NCBI GenBank assembly: GCA_964016885.1
Contig: OZ024741.1
Location: 226,672,001 to 226,736,000 of the forward strand
Origin: Eledone cirrhosa
Taxonomy: Eukaryota
Direction: 5' to 3'
Length of the DNA: 64,000 nt
Positions 15,808 through 29,567 of the stretch are shown piece by piece. The stretch's first letter is position 1; each line of letters opens with the position of its first letter. A model generated the notes under the pieces. That model was given only the letters and a program-made list of their open reading frames with translations, made no database searches and had not been told where the DNA came from. Made by a program: the position numbers and the translations under genes.

Positions 15808-16694
15808 TGAGGTGTGTCATAAAATTTCCAAGTCTTATGTCACAAACGATTTATTTCAAGCCCAAACTTCACACTAAGAGTTTTCTCCTTCAAAGTAATC
15901 CCCTGAAGTATGTAACTGTAATCTTAGCTCACTGCAGTGATCAAACTTTTTTCTTCATAATTTTATATACATGTCCTCTATTTCAGGTCGTCAAGCAATG
16001 AGCACAGAGCAACGAATTCTGGTACGGTTGGGGAAAACTCCGTCAGAAGCACTGGGATTGCTGCAGCAAGTGTATGGAGATGAGACGATGTCACGCTCAC
16101 GTGTTTTTGAGTGGTGTAAGAGGTTTAAAGAAGAACGCGAGGACGTAGAAGATGACCCCAGGACTGAGGTCAACGTTGAGCGCGTCAGGAAGATGGTGCG
16201 TATAATCGTCGGCTGACTGTTCGACTGATGGCAAATGAGCTGGGCATGAATCGGGACAGCGTCTGGAAGATTCTCACTGAAGATTTGGACATGTGGAAAG
16301 ATGGCGCGAAGATGGTGCCAAAACTGCTGAACGATGTCCAGAAGGGTTGACGCATGCAAGTGTGCCAGGACATCCTCGAGCATCTTGAAACCGAACCAAA
16401 CTTGCTAGGGACAGTCATCACTGGTGATGAGTCATGGATCTTCGAGTACGACCCATGGATCTTCAAGCTCAAGGGGATCAAGACGTTGACGAAATCAAAA
16501 AGGCCGTGACGACGGAACTGCGGAGGATCCCGGAAGAATCCTTCCAGGAGTACATGCAAGCGTGGCAGAAAAGGATGGAAAAGTGCATTAGACTCCAGGG
16601 GGATTACTTTGAAGGAGAAAACTCTTAGTGTGAAGTTTGGGTTTAAAATAAATCTTTTGTGACATCAGTCTTGGAACTTTTCTGACACACCTCG
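15808..16694 (+). mobile_element. Mariner (Tc1/mariner) transposon, internally deleted, about 70-bp TIRs, TA target duplication
   Basis: TA|TGAGGTGTGTCATAAAATTTCC... and ...GGAACTTTTCTGACACACCTCG|TA. Transposase remnants: SRSRVFEWCKRFKE.REDVEDDPR, MVPKLL, VITGDESWIFEYDP, WQKRMEKCIRLQGDYFEG. Confidence 0.93.
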
Positions 16695-17516
16695 TATGTT
16701 CTCTCTATCTTTTAATTTTGAGTTTCTTTTTGATCGGACACCTTCCCCATGGCAAGTTTGTAAAGTAAAGGAACTCGTCGTCGTTTCTCGTGTAAGTGGT
16801 CACCCTTTGAATCGTAAGAATGTTTTACAAATTTCGAAGGTTCCAGATATCGCGGCCATCTGTGGTTTATGAATTAGGGACTGACGTTCTTTCTCCACAA
16901 ATCCAAACTCAATTATACTTCGTTCCAATAATGACGAGTATGAAGCTGAACACGTATCTTTGATACTGGATTTGTCAACTCCGCATCAATAGTCCAGAGA
17001 TATCTCCCTTCTCTTACGACATTGAAATCATGTGAGTAGCTGAAATTTAAAGAGGGCCTGTTTTTAATGTGTCATCTCAAACATCAATAGCAGGCTGGTT
17101 GTGGTTTAATTCAGTGGCTGTTTTTATTTTTAGGTTCCACCAGTATTCCCTTAGGTCATCAGTTTGGTATATATGTATGTAGGAAAAAAGATAATAATAA
17201 CACTATTGATAATTATCAATTTATGCTGTCATGCAATGCCTGTGCGTGAAGATTATTTTTAAAGTGAGGAAAGACTGTGCACTGAACCAATCCCACTCTC
17301 TGAGCGACAGTAGTTATAACCCGAAAAGAAGAAAGGATCAACATTATCGGTACCTACTGAGTGACAGGTTTTATATCGGAGTTATCCCAGTTTCCTAAGT
17401 TGCCTTCCTAGAAGAATGCCCTGACAAACGCTAAGGGTCCTTCACTCCCAATGGTTTAACCGCACTCCCAATTGTATCCAGCCCGATTATTTCTATGTCT
17501 CCGCGCATGAAAAAAA

Positions 17517-17582
<66 letters not shown>

Positions 17583-17659
17583 GTGCAATGGCCATACTCG
17601 ATAATGAGGGAGCAGCCATCATGTATGTATGGGCATGTATATGTGCGGACATATATAAA

Positions 17660-17865
17660 TATTAGTTTTTTTATTTAGGCAGGAGGCCAACAATTTTGGG
17701 GTAAAGAAGGTCGATTAAATCGACCCCAGTCCATTACTGACCCCGTAAGGATGAAAGGCAAAGATAACCTCGAGAGGATTTGAACTCAGATCGTAAAGAA
17801 ATGCAACCCTATGCTATAAAGCATGCTGTCCGACGCTCTACCGATACTGCCAATCCACCACCCTT
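17660..17865 (-). mobile_element. SINE family A copy
   Basis: Reverse complement of the 4216-4410 consensus (GACCCCGTAAGGATGAAAGGCAAAG, GATTTGAAC, CCGATACTGCCAATCC). Confidence 0.8.
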
Positions 17866-18051
17866 GGTGTACGTATATAAATATAAGCAACAACATTAGC
17901 GCCATCTGCAAAAGCAGTTTCTGAATAAAGGTTTGTAATCTCTGACACTTTCAGTTGAATCTCTTCACACTAAATACCTTTCCTGTTGCTCTCAACCTAC
18001 GCTGAGCACCAATATAATATTCTTAAAAAGCGTAAGAAGCGTGGCATAGAG

Positions 18052-18241
18052 CCGGAATGTCAAACTGAGGGTCCCTCGACGGCCACATGGATCACATATG
18101 TGTTGTCTGAGGGGCCACACATTACAACTAATTGCGCACATCACAACTAATATTTCTTATTTTAAAATTACGCGCGTGCTATAAAAACTTTTGTGTGGGC
18201 CGCAGGTGTGCTTCTAAAGGGCCGCATGTTTGGCATGCCTG
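18052..18241. mobile_element. hAT (Charlie-like) MITE
   Basis: Termini CCGGAATGTCAAAC and GTTTGGCATGCCTG, internal GGCCAC/GGGCCGC motifs, imperfect 8-bp TSD gcatagag/gcataatg. Confidence 0.6.
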
Positions 18242-18540
18242 GCATAATGTATTGAAAACAGAATAGGAGCTGCAATATCACCCTGTTCAATTCCAGTGTC
18301 TATAGTAATTTCATCATAACGTTGGCCGATGAATGGGAGCCGAGCTTTCATGTTAAGAAGTAGATACTTAAACATGTTCATAAAATTCCACAATAATTCT
18401 CTGACAACATTTTTAAATGACATTGCTAAATCAAACAAAAACTTGGTATGAGGTACGTGCTTCTCGATAAATTTTGTTTTTAAATTTGTCTTGCAGAGAA
18501 GATGATGTCCATATTACACCTTCCTGATCTAAAGCCACAT
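18242..18540 (-). pseudogene. RTE-clade RT fragment
   Basis: Minus translation: CGFRSGRCNMDIIFSARQ...FDLAMSF...TGIEQGDIAAPILFSI. Confidence 0.75.
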
Positions 18541-18544
18541 TTTA

Positions 18545-18670
18545 TCAACTTCAAAAAGCTGAAAGACAAAGTTGACCTTCACCGAATTGGAACACATATC
18601 ACAGAGAGATGGATTGAATGCCACAAAGCATTCTATCCGACGCTCTAGCGACTCTGCCAATTCTCCACCT
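18545..18670 (-). mobile_element. Diverged SINE, family A-like
   Basis: TGAAAGACAAAGTTGACC...CCGACGCTCTAGCGACTCTGCCAATTC matches the family A head. Confidence 0.6.
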
Positions 18671-19423
18671 AAATTGAACTATAAATATGCCTTTAACCAC
18701 ATTGCTATTGTTTTAAGTTTGATATTAGTTAAATAAATACTAGATTCAGCGTGGTTTAAGTGTTACGGGTTGTTTAGTTAAAATGGCGTACATAAATCAT
18801 GTAGGTCTTAGAGATTTAAAGTATTATCAGAGCTAAAGTGATATTGTACAATTGTTTAATATATTAATGTACATGAAGAATTTCTTGCAAACTCCATCAT
18901 CATCAAACCATCCACCTCATCCACCTTTTCCCGTCATGCATCTCCTTCACCTCATCATCATCATCATCATCATCCACATCATCATCACATACTGTTGAGA
19001 AACAACATAAAGATTAGTTATGATAAACTCATCTTCTAAATGGAAACTACTGATGAAAAAGTAAATGAAAATTCATCTCCAACAAGTTTTCATATTTCAA
19101 CTGGCATTGGAAGGAGAAAAATAGCATTTGTTGCTACATACAAAACGAAATTGATCGTTTTTAAAAAAGAGGTGTGTTCAAGTTTACATACATGTATATA
19201 CACAACCGAACAAACTCACACACACTGCACACACACACTACATGTACACACATATGTGAATCCTTGTTTTATCACTGTCTTCTTGCTTATTTTTCATTTC
19301 ACAATACACACATATATAAATATACAAAAGTACAAATATCCAGACTTATCAGACATGCTTTCCTATACATATGTTTGCCTGTGTGTACATATATATATAT
19401 AGAGAGAAATATAAATTTAAAAG

Positions 19424-19486
<63 letters not shown>

Positions 19487-19508
19487 ATGCTTTGGGAGGG
19501 TCAAATTG

Positions 19509-19540
<32 letters not shown>

Positions 19541-19544
<4 letters not shown>

Positions 19545-19736
19545 AAAAAGTATGACCCCGACGGCAGAGCTCAAGCCGTTTCGACGGCTATTTCTGTAGT
19601 CCAGAAATAGCCGTCGAAACGGCTTGAGCTCTGCCGTCGGGTCATAGTTTTTCCTATTACCCACTCTACTACCCCAAGTATTGAGTACTCTGGTGCGTTA
19701 TGGTCCATCTGGTTCCTTACCACAACTCCTTCGTTA
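19541..19736. mobile_element. Small hairpin element in (TA)n, family H, no hammerhead core seen
   Basis: Near-perfect palindrome 19541-19656 centred at about 19597, plus an 80-bp tail ending CCTTCGTTA. Homologues at 43202-43784. Confidence 0.8.
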
Positions 19737-19759
19737 TATATATTATATATATATATATA

Positions 19760-22700
19760 TAGGATAAAAGAGAAAACACAGGTAAGCATTAAAACAGGAT
19801 TTTATCCAGGTATTTACGACCGTTTCATTGGTAAGTGCAACCTTATATTTCTATACTGCAAATAGCAGCCAGTCAATAATAATTGTTGTACACGTCCAAA
19901 TTTTCAAAATAGTGAATAAGTTACTCTTAACAAGTTCTTAATAAATAGAAAAACCTTTTTTTGAATTGTATTTGCTAGTATAGAGAGAGAGGAAGAGGAA
20001 TTAGAAAGTGTAGGGACAAAGGGAACCAGTGGAATGCGACAAGGAAACACACGGCTTCAAATAATGTAGGAACCCACCTACCGACCCTCAACTGAATGCC
20101 TTTGAACAGGACTTACTGAAGATGATTATGAATATCAAATTAAAAAAGCGGAGGAATAATAAACTCCAGAATGACATGAATACATTCCTAAAAAAGCTGC
20201 GAACCACCAATAGAATTATTGTCAAAGCGGACAAAACCTCAAATGTGTATACAATAGCTTCATACGGAAGGAATTACATAGGAAATACAAAAGAACTAAC
20301 GAGACGGCACTGATAAATATCAACAACGAGGCACACAATATAGTCAAACACCTAGGAATAGACGACAGAACGGAGCCACTTAGGCCTTGAACACCCACAT
20401 ATAATCTCAAGGACCATAAGGTAAATTTTGATTATAACTCCACAATTAGACCTATATGCCGTCCAAATCGGACATTGGGAAAATTAGTAAACATATATTA
20501 AACAGAGTAATAGCACAAATGAAGAATAAACTAGTAATTAAACTATGGGGTAACACTACCGAAACAATTAAATGGTTTAACAATATAGCTAACAAAAAAG
20601 TATCTAAGTTTATACAATTTGACATTAACGACTATTACTCCTCTATATCTCCCAACACCTTGGATAAAGCCTTAGCATTCGCCAAAGCCAATTCTGACCT
20701 GACAGACGACGAGATACAAATTATATTAGCTGCTAGGAAAACAATAATTAAATTTGAAAACGCTTATTGGGAACGTAAGGATAGATTAAATAACTTCGAC
20801 ATCACGATTGGGGCTAATGACTCGGCTCAAGTCACAGATTCAGTAGGTATTTACATAGCCCATAATTTACAGAGGGAGTTTAGCGGCCTTCACGGTGGAA
20901 TCTACAGAGACGACGCCCTTCTCCTAGTTATGAATCTAAATAACCAGAGCATGGAAAGACTGCATAAGAATATTAGATAGACTATCGGGAAACTGGGCCT
21001 TAGCATAACGTATGAATATAGTACTAATATGGTTAACTTTCTAGACGCGACGCTTAACCTAAATACGGGACTTGTCACACCTTTTTTTCACAAGATTAAT
21101 GAAAACTTAGCATACATCAACTGTAATTTGAACCACCCACTATCCATAATTAAATCCGTTCCGCGCAGCATATCCCTCAGGATCTCCCGCCTCTCGTCTA
21201 ACCAACAAACAAGGCAGGCCACTTAGATAGAGTAGAATATATAGATGAAAGCCTCCGCAAAGCAGCAAAGCACACACGAACACGCATAACACAAACTCCA
21301 GAAACACACGCACACACACATTCACGCATAGAACTACAAATTATAATGAAAATAGAAATACAACATCGAAATCAAGCAGGTCACGTAGTAGAAAATATAT
21401 TTGGTATAACCCCATATTTAACACCTCTATTAGTACTAACCTATCCTCTACCTTTTTAGAATAATAAATAAGCACTTTCCAGATTCACATAGATACAGCA
21501 AAATCCTTAACACGAAATCTATTAGACTATCTTACTCCACGGCAGCAAAACATAGAGGCACACATTAAGATGCTTAACGCTAAAAAGATACGTAACAACA
21601 CCAGAACACAAATTTATAACAATACAATTACCATTGAACACAACAGAATATCTAATACACAACCACCCACTAATAGGCAAACAGGACGTAACACTTGTAC
21701 AGGTATCGCAGCCCACTAATAATGCCAAGGTTGCCCATGACAAGAATTGTAATTGACACCTACCTGAAACCTGTCCATTACATAACGAATGTATGCAGTC
21801 TAACCTGGTTTACCAATGCACAGTGGAATCAGACAACCAGAAATGGTATTACATCGGAGCGACTGGGAATACATTTAAAGCTCATTGGTATACACACCGT
21901 TACGCAATGAAGCATTCCCAGCATCGTTATGTAACTACCCTTGCGAACAAGACCTGGTAACTGAGGGAAAGTAACCATCAATACACCTTGAAGTGGAAAA
22001 AATTATCGAACGCGCCCCCATATCGGAGTGGTATGAGAAGCTGTCGATTATGTGACCTTGAGCTGTTCCACATTTTGAGTTCGAAGAATAAGTTACTCAA
22101 CAATAAAATCGAAAGATCGATTTATTGTAACCATAGACGCAAAGAAAAGTTTTCGCACTACAAGTGCAAATCGAACTCTTAACCTCTTACTACCACCTGA
22201 CAAACTGCATATACTTAAACTTTCTACCCTCTTATTGTATACAACCCCTTTAATTACCCACAAAAACCAATACCTATATCCCTCCCTTCTCCTTCATTCC
22301 TTTTCTATTTCTTTTCGTTTTCTTCCTTTCTTCTCTCTATTTTTTTGTCTTTTCTTTTTTCTTTACCCCCCCCCCCCCCCTTTTTTATTTTATCTATTTA
22401 TTTATTTATTTATTTATATATATATATATATTTTATATATATATTTATCCCTCTATCTCTCGCCCTCTCTCTCTCTTTCTCTCTCTCTCTCCATCCCTCC
22501 ACTATAAACAATTTAATTCTCTTTAAGTCACTACACTCTAAATCGACGACATCATGTCTACATATATCAAAACTGATCAAAGATTCCTTCCACCTCTACC
22601 CCTCCCTCCATCTCAGTTTGTCACCCTACTTCCTAATTCTTCTCCCCCTTCCTCTCTCTCTCTATACTACTCCCTTTGTCCCTCCACTTTCTAATTCTTC

Positions 22701-22937
22701 TTCCTCTCTCGCTATTCTAGCAAATACAATTCCAAAAAATGTTTTTCTATTTATTAAGAACTTGTTAAGAGTAACTTATTCACTATTTTGAAAATTTGGA
22801 CGTGTACAACAATTATTATTGAATGGCTGCTATTTGCAGAATAGCAATATAAGGTTGCACTTACCAATGAAACGGTCGTAAATACCTGGATAAAATCCTT
22901 TTTTTAATGCTTACCTGTGTTTTCTCTTTTATCCTTT
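19760..22937 (+). mobile_element. Penelope-like element (Hydra-type, YRDD), 5'-truncated, with inverted pseudo-LTR arms (about 19760-20025 and 22675-22937)
   Basis: VKADKT, KDHK, PSKSDIGKISK, QFDINDYYSSI, GIYRDD, VNFLD, SNH-like NLNHP, WYNP, CNC...CPL, YIGAT, CRLCDLE. Many stops and frameshifts. Confidence 0.9.
22784..22884 (+). ncRNA. Type I hammerhead, U3-A8 core variant, long stem II (mirror 19811-19911 on minus)
   Basis: tatt TTGAAAA tttgg...ccaat GAAA CGGTCG TA aata. Both copies share the UUGAAAA core. Confidence 0.65.
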
Positions 22938-23188
22938 ACACTCCAACATTGAACGTGATTCTTACAAACTTGTGGAGTTACCCCCAGCCGTACGTTGACA
23001 CCGTCCATGAAACTGGCTGTCTTAACCACCAACTGGATTACAATAAGCAATTTTCTGCTTCCCTAACTATATATATATATATAAGTATTGAAGTTTCCGT
23101 TGAAAATTGAAAAAGTCATAGGAGTGAAGAGTTTTCTATGTAAGTTACAGAGCTAAATTTAATGTATAATAAACAATACAATATAATT

Positions 23189-23258
23189 ACCTCATTACCA
23201 GAGGTTTCCCGAATAAGACAAATACAAGAAACGTCCTCATTCGTTCGTCAGACAAGGC
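23189..23258 (-). ncRNA. Type I hammerhead in pseudo-LTR (second copy 26859-26928 has a stem III mutation)
   Basis: gccttgt CTGACGA acgaat...attcgg GAAA CCTCTGG TA atgaggt. Confidence 0.8.
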
Positions 23259-24031
23259 AATTTAAAACATAGTGAAATATTTGAAAATTCTCCTCAAGAA
23301 CGGTAAAGTTTAACCGGCAAAAAAATATATAAATAAATGTAATGCAAGAGATATATAAAAATAAAATAAGGAAATATAGAAATATAGTAAGGGTATGTGT
23401 ATAAATGTGTGTATATGCACCTACAAATGTACATATGTATCTATGTACAAATGCTTGTGTATAGTGAAAAAATGTGTGCGTAAGTACATACATGAGGGCA
23501 AGCATATCAGTCTATGTGTGAACACAAATACGTATATAATATATGTTGAAAAAAGAAATTGTAAGATAATAGAGTTAGCGTACATACAGACTCAAGGACT
23601 AAGGATTGAAATATATACACATACAAGTATGAAAGCACACGTATAAACCCCCACACACGCGCAACCACATACATGGATATGATATATACAGGGAAGGGAG
23701 TGTATCAGTCAAAGCAGTGTCAGGCTACTGATGGTCGATGCATATATAAAAATATAAAATATGAAAATGAAAAAATATATGAGAATAAAAAATTAAAGAG
23801 AAAGTAAGAGGGAGGGGTTATCAATTATAAAGTAACACTAGAAAAAATAGAAAACATACAGAGGTTCGTACACACACATATATATATAAAAATATATATA
23901 TAAATACGTACAGACAAAAGCACATACATGCGTACATACATACAAAAGCGCGCATACATACACACGAAGCACATATATATACATACATGTACATCTAATC
24001 ACACGCACGCACGCGACCATATATATATATA

Positions 24032-24083
<52 letters not shown>

Positions 24084-24581
24084 CACATATATATAAGTAT
24101 GTAAAAAACATAGATATAACACACATAAACACATACACGCGCACATACGAATGCATTCGTATACATATACAAACACGTATACACACATATGCACACTTAC
24201 ACGCATACAATATAAAAACCAGCCGTATGAATAAATGAGTACAAATTATACGCAAGTAAACATACATAAAAGCGGCTGAGGGACAACAGAATATATCTGG
24301 AGTTGAAAACGCAAGTGACATGTGGTATCAGGTAGTGAAAGAAAATGGGGAAGTAAAATATGTAAAATTGTGAAGATATAAAGTAAGTGAATCAAAAAGC
24401 AGGGGGGGGGGGGTCACTGGTGGATGTGAAGTAAAAATAAAGTTAAAAATAAAAATAAAAGTAAATCAGAAAGAGAAGTATGTAAAGAAGATAAGTTAAG
24501 GAATGTGAAGAACAAGAGTTTATGGAGGATAAATATCTGAAAGTGAGTTAAGTTTATATGAGCTGCAAAGCAAGTGTGATT

Positions 24582-26635
24582 TCATGTGTGGCAACTGGTG
24601 AAAATTTCTGTTTTTGCATTTAGGCAGGTTTTTGGTGATTTAAGGTTCTGTAAAATCCAATATTTTTCACTTATGCAGAGTGCGCATCTTATTCCTCTTG
24701 CATATTCTTTAGATTGGTTCAAAATTGACCAATCTAATTTATATTGGATACCTTGGTCTTTCAAATCCCATATTCTGCTAGCTAGGATGTCGGAAAGATG
24801 GGACATGTGAGTAATAACGCGTTTTGAATTTGTCTTGTGTCATACCCACATATCGTTTGCTGGTGGCTGGTAGGTTGTTGCTGGTGGTTGTCACTTTAGC
24901 CGCATATACAATGGCTTTGGTGTTGCATTTACCTTGTAATGGGCATTCACTTTTGACTCTACAGGAGCAATTTTGATGTTCTCTGGGTATTTTCTTATTG
25001 AAGATATAAGATTTAATAGGGGGACAGCAGGAGTAGCTGATTTTGACACAGTTTCTATTGAAGATCTTATAGTATCTATGTTTTCTAAGGAAATGTTTAT
25101 CTAAGAGCTCTAGGAATTTTTTGCCTACATTAGTTTTAACTGCTAAAGAGTAGGGGGGTGTGAACCAGATTATTTTTCTTTTCCTATTATTTAAATTTCT
25201 CCTTAAAGGAGTTAGTATTGTTGGGTATGTACTTAATCGGTTCGCTAAATCCGCTATTTTGAAGGGCTTTATTATGGTAGGGAGATGCCTTATTGAAAAT
25301 AGCTTCTGAGGAAGAGAGAGTGGAGATCCTACGGTTAATATTAGGGATAAGATTTTAAAAAACTATAGGAGGATGGCAAGAGCCTTTATTTATATATTTT
25401 AATTTTTTATTAGGTTTATGGTACGGTTTATAAGAAGCAGTAGGCAGATGTAGGTTTATATCTAGAAAATTAACATTAGAAAGGTTAGTGTCAATGGTAA
25501 TTTTAAGATTAAAACTAGCGAAGGTTTTTATTAAGTCTTTCCTGAATCTATCTAAGTTATGGCCTATAGTGGTATGGGAAAGTATTAGACCATCGTCGCG
25601 ATAAAGCCCAAAGGTATGGTTTGGGAATGTCTCTTTAAGTGTGTGTAGGAGGAATAGGCCGACTAAATCACACACGTCAGCACTGTCAAAAGAACCCATT
25701 GAGACATCGAATGGGTTCTCTGGGTTAGATTTTTTTACCCAAGTGTCATTATTAGTAAATAGTAAAGTGTTTCTAGCGTGCAAAATGACATACTCTTCAA
25801 TATCAGAAATATTGATAAACTTTCTAGCGAAATTTAATGCTTTCGTTAAAAGAGGGTGAGTAATAGACGGGTAGAAGTCTACAATGTCAAATTGGGTGAA
25901 TCTAGAACTATTTTTATCTTTAATATTATTAAACCAATGTACTACGGAAGAGCTATTTATCAATTGGAGTAATTCAGACTTACATCTAATATGTTTGTTT
26001 ATATTATTTAATATTTTTTTGCTAGCAAGACCGATTTCAGTCTTAGCAGGGTTGATTAATCTACAACTAGGACGATTAATAAAATCAGTTTGTGATCTTT
26101 GAGGGTGATATAGGCATTAAGTTTAGAAGTTTTTCTGTTCTATTGTCTATTTAAAAAAACTAGCTAATTCTTTAGCTTCCTTATTAATAGTATTATAGGT
26201 GTTTATATTAGCTATTTGGTATTTAGAGGTGATGTTATCTGTTAAGAGTTGGTCATGTAAGTTATTATTAACTTCGTATAAGTTTTTAGTTTTGTCAGAG
26301 AAAATGAACTTATTTTTAGAAGATTTGAATATTGAAATATCGTTAGATAGTTTAGATTGAAAATGGTTAGAGTACTTACTGAATTTGATTTGGTTGATTA
26401 AATTAACTAAGTCTAGTTCAAAATCGGTCATATATTTTACTCTTTGCGGGTATTTATGAGACTTGATAGCAAAATATTCTGTAGAATCCGTGTTAAAGTG
26501 TCCATCGAAAATCAAAGCTTTCCATCTCATTCTTTTAACAACTTTCTCTACTTTGTCTATCAGCATTTTCGTGTAGGAAGTGTTAGAAGGTGTTGGGATA
26601 TTCTTGATGGAGTAAACCAAATGATGTCTATCCAT
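24582..26635 (-). pseudogene. PLE RT plus GIY-YIG polyprotein, disrupted
   Basis: ORF pieces 26147-26635, 25355-25963 and 24582-24806 in collinear domain order. Confidence 0.9.
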
Positions 26636-29567
26636 GTTCAGTATTGGTTAAAAATCCTTTTGACTGAAGAGTGCTAGACTTTAAAAGGGCTGGAAGGTGC
26701 CAATCTCATAAAAAATGTAGAATATGCTACGATCATTCCCTTGGGAGCTGTATAAGTATTGAAGTTTCCGTTGAAAATTGAAAAGTCATAGCAGTGAAGA
26801 GTGCTCTATGTAAGTTACAGAGCTAAATTTAATGTATAATAAACAATACAATATAATTACCTCATTATCAGAGGTTTCCCGAATAAGACGAATACAAGAA
26901 ACGTCCTCATTCGTTCGTCAGACAAGGCAATTTAAAACATAGTGAAATATTTGAAAATTCTCCTCGAGAAAGGTAAATTTTAACAGGCAAAAAATATGCA
27001 AGAGATATATAAAAATAAAATAAAGAAATATAGAAATATAGTAAGGGTATGTGTATAAATGTGTGTATATGTACGTACAAATGTACATATGTGTGTATGT
27101 ACAAATGCATGTGTATAGTGAAAAAATGTGAGCGTAAGCACATACATGAGGGGAAGCATATCAGTGTATGTGTGACCACAAATACGTATATAATATATGT
27201 TGAAAAAAGAAATTGTAAGATAATAGAGTTAGCGTACATACAGACTCAGGGACTAAGGATTGAAATATATACACATACAAGTATGAAAGCACGCGTATAA
27301 ACACACACACACGCACAACCACATACATGCATGTAATATATACAAGGGAGTGTATCAGTCAAAGCAGTGTCAGGCTACTGAAGGTCGATGCATATATAAA
27401 AATATAAAATATGAAAATGAAAAAATGAAAAATATATATGAGAATAAATAAATTAAAGAGAAAGTAAGAGGGAGGGATTATCAATTATAAAGTAACACTA
27501 GAAAAAATAGAAAAAATATAGAGGTTCGTACACACACATATATATATATAAATATATATATAAAAGCTAAAGTCGTGGCGTGAACATATCGGAAAGGTTA
27601 TGAAAAGTAGAGTTCCAGACTGCTGTTTTATGTGTACTATTTGTATTGTTATAGTTAGTTGTGTTGTTTCTATTTCTATTTCCACCAACAGCCTCATGGT
27701 TGTTTCCATGTCTCTCATTATTACTCCTGTCTCTTTCCTCTGGCTCATTAACCTCTGGCCCTTCGACCTACGACGAGTCCACGCCACGACTTTAGCTTTT
27801 AACAAACGCACGCAATTGCCGTCGCAGGTCTATGAACAAACAGAAGCACAATTTAGTATAGCTAGATCTAAGCTTAGAAATATTATAGAACAGTATAGCA
27901 AGAAGCAAAATAGAATGGAGGCCCAGCAACTGGGAGAAAAATCTGCAAATGGCTTGCGTTAGCTCATGCAGCGCTCGTGCAATGGAGAGATTGCATGCTT
28001 TCCAACAGACAAGTCTGGCAGAATGTCGGTTGACAGTCTGTCAAACTACATCCAGGCAATGCAACCCCACATCACTAACACAAGAGAAGTAACACCACAA
28101 GAGCATGAGGATAGGGAGAAAACCCTCAATGCTCATATGATGATGGGAACAAACATAATGCAGCCCAATAAACGGACTACAACAACTTCTAGGCCTGGAA
28201 CAATGACGTGCCAACGTTGTATAGGCTTCGAAAAGACCATAAGACGAACAGTGACCCAGTCACAGGACTACCAACACGGCCAGTCTGTGGAGCTAACATT
28301 GCTAGTAACTACAGACTTTCCTACTTCCTCTCCCTGATCATACAACCCATCATTGAAATGTCCCCAGATATATGTGACAGCACGGAGGACTTCCTCAGCA
28401 GAATCAGCGAAAATAACCGATCTAGGGACCTAACAGACTGTATAATAGGTAGTATGGATGTTGTGTCCCTATATCCATCCATTGACGTGGATTTTTCTGT
28501 GGAGAAATGCGTAGAAATGATCAGTGAGAGCAATGTTGAATTCCGTGGGATTGATACCAGTGAGCTGGGAATCCTACTTAAACTTACCTATAGTAATGAT
28601 TATCTAGATACGTATGACCTTAGCAACCTCTGCCCCACAAGACCAGCAAGAGGCAGACCACCTACCATTACCTCAATGGCCAAGAAATCCCACACAGAAA
28701 GATGGAACGGGTGGACCAGAGCCATATGGACCCCCGAAAACCTCGATGAACTAAAGAAAATGATTGCACATGCGGTGGGGGCCAGTATAAAACTAACTCT
28801 TAAGGAACATATGTTCAAATTTAATTGAAAAACATATGCCCAAGAGGAGGGAGCAGCCATTGGTGTTAGCATTGCAGGTGACATAGCTAACCTATTCATG
28901 GTATGGTGGGACAATAAACTTAAAGAACAATTAGAAGACAGCAACCTCCTAACCCTGATAATGTACTGTCGCTACGTTGATGATATAAACATCGTAGTAA
29001 AAACACCCCACTAGAGAACAGTCAGGAATTAGAGAAAAACACCATGGAAAGCATCCAGCTAATAGCTAACTCCATCCACCAGAGTATTAGAGTTACTATA
29101 AACTACCCAAGCAAACACCCCAACCATCGATTACCTGTACTAGACACAGGGCTCTGGTTAGAAACCATTAATAACAAAAAACAAATCCTCCATTCCCATT
29201 ATGCCAAACCCATGACTTTGAAATATCTGATCCACGAAACTCAGCTGTTTCGGACCATACCAAAATCAATATACTGATTGCGGATTTATTACGGGTGATG
29301 AGAAACGTGTCCCGCATGTGCAACCACAAAGAACTAGAGAGACACATACAACACTTCATCCACCGTATGCAGTTCTCTGGTTACAATCAGAGAGATAAAA
29401 TCACAGTATATAGAGGAGCCAGAACTAAATGTGAAAAAATGGTAAATAATGATACAAATGGGACCTGCCCCTTGAATAGGAGCACATTTTGGAATAGAAA
29501 AGAGAGAACTAGGAATAAGGTTAATAGAATAAACTCATGGTATGATAGCAATAAATACTAGAGTGTA

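Larger units (their letters stand above)
23082..27560 (-). mobile_element. Near full-length Penelope-like element (Hydra-type) with direct pseudo-LTRs (23082-23900 and 26753-27560)
   Basis: YSIKNIPTP, KRMRWKA, QFDIVDFYPSI, MGSFDSADVCDLVG, GLYRDDGL, VNFLDI, WFTPP, CSCRVKSECPL, CALCISEK. About 800-bp direct repeats at both ends. Confidence 0.92.

Noticed and set aside
23082-27560. LTR retrotransposon, given the 800-bp direct repeats
   Set aside because: No gag, protease or integrase and no TG..CA ends. The RT and GIY-YIG are Penelope-type, so the repeats are pseudo-LTRs.
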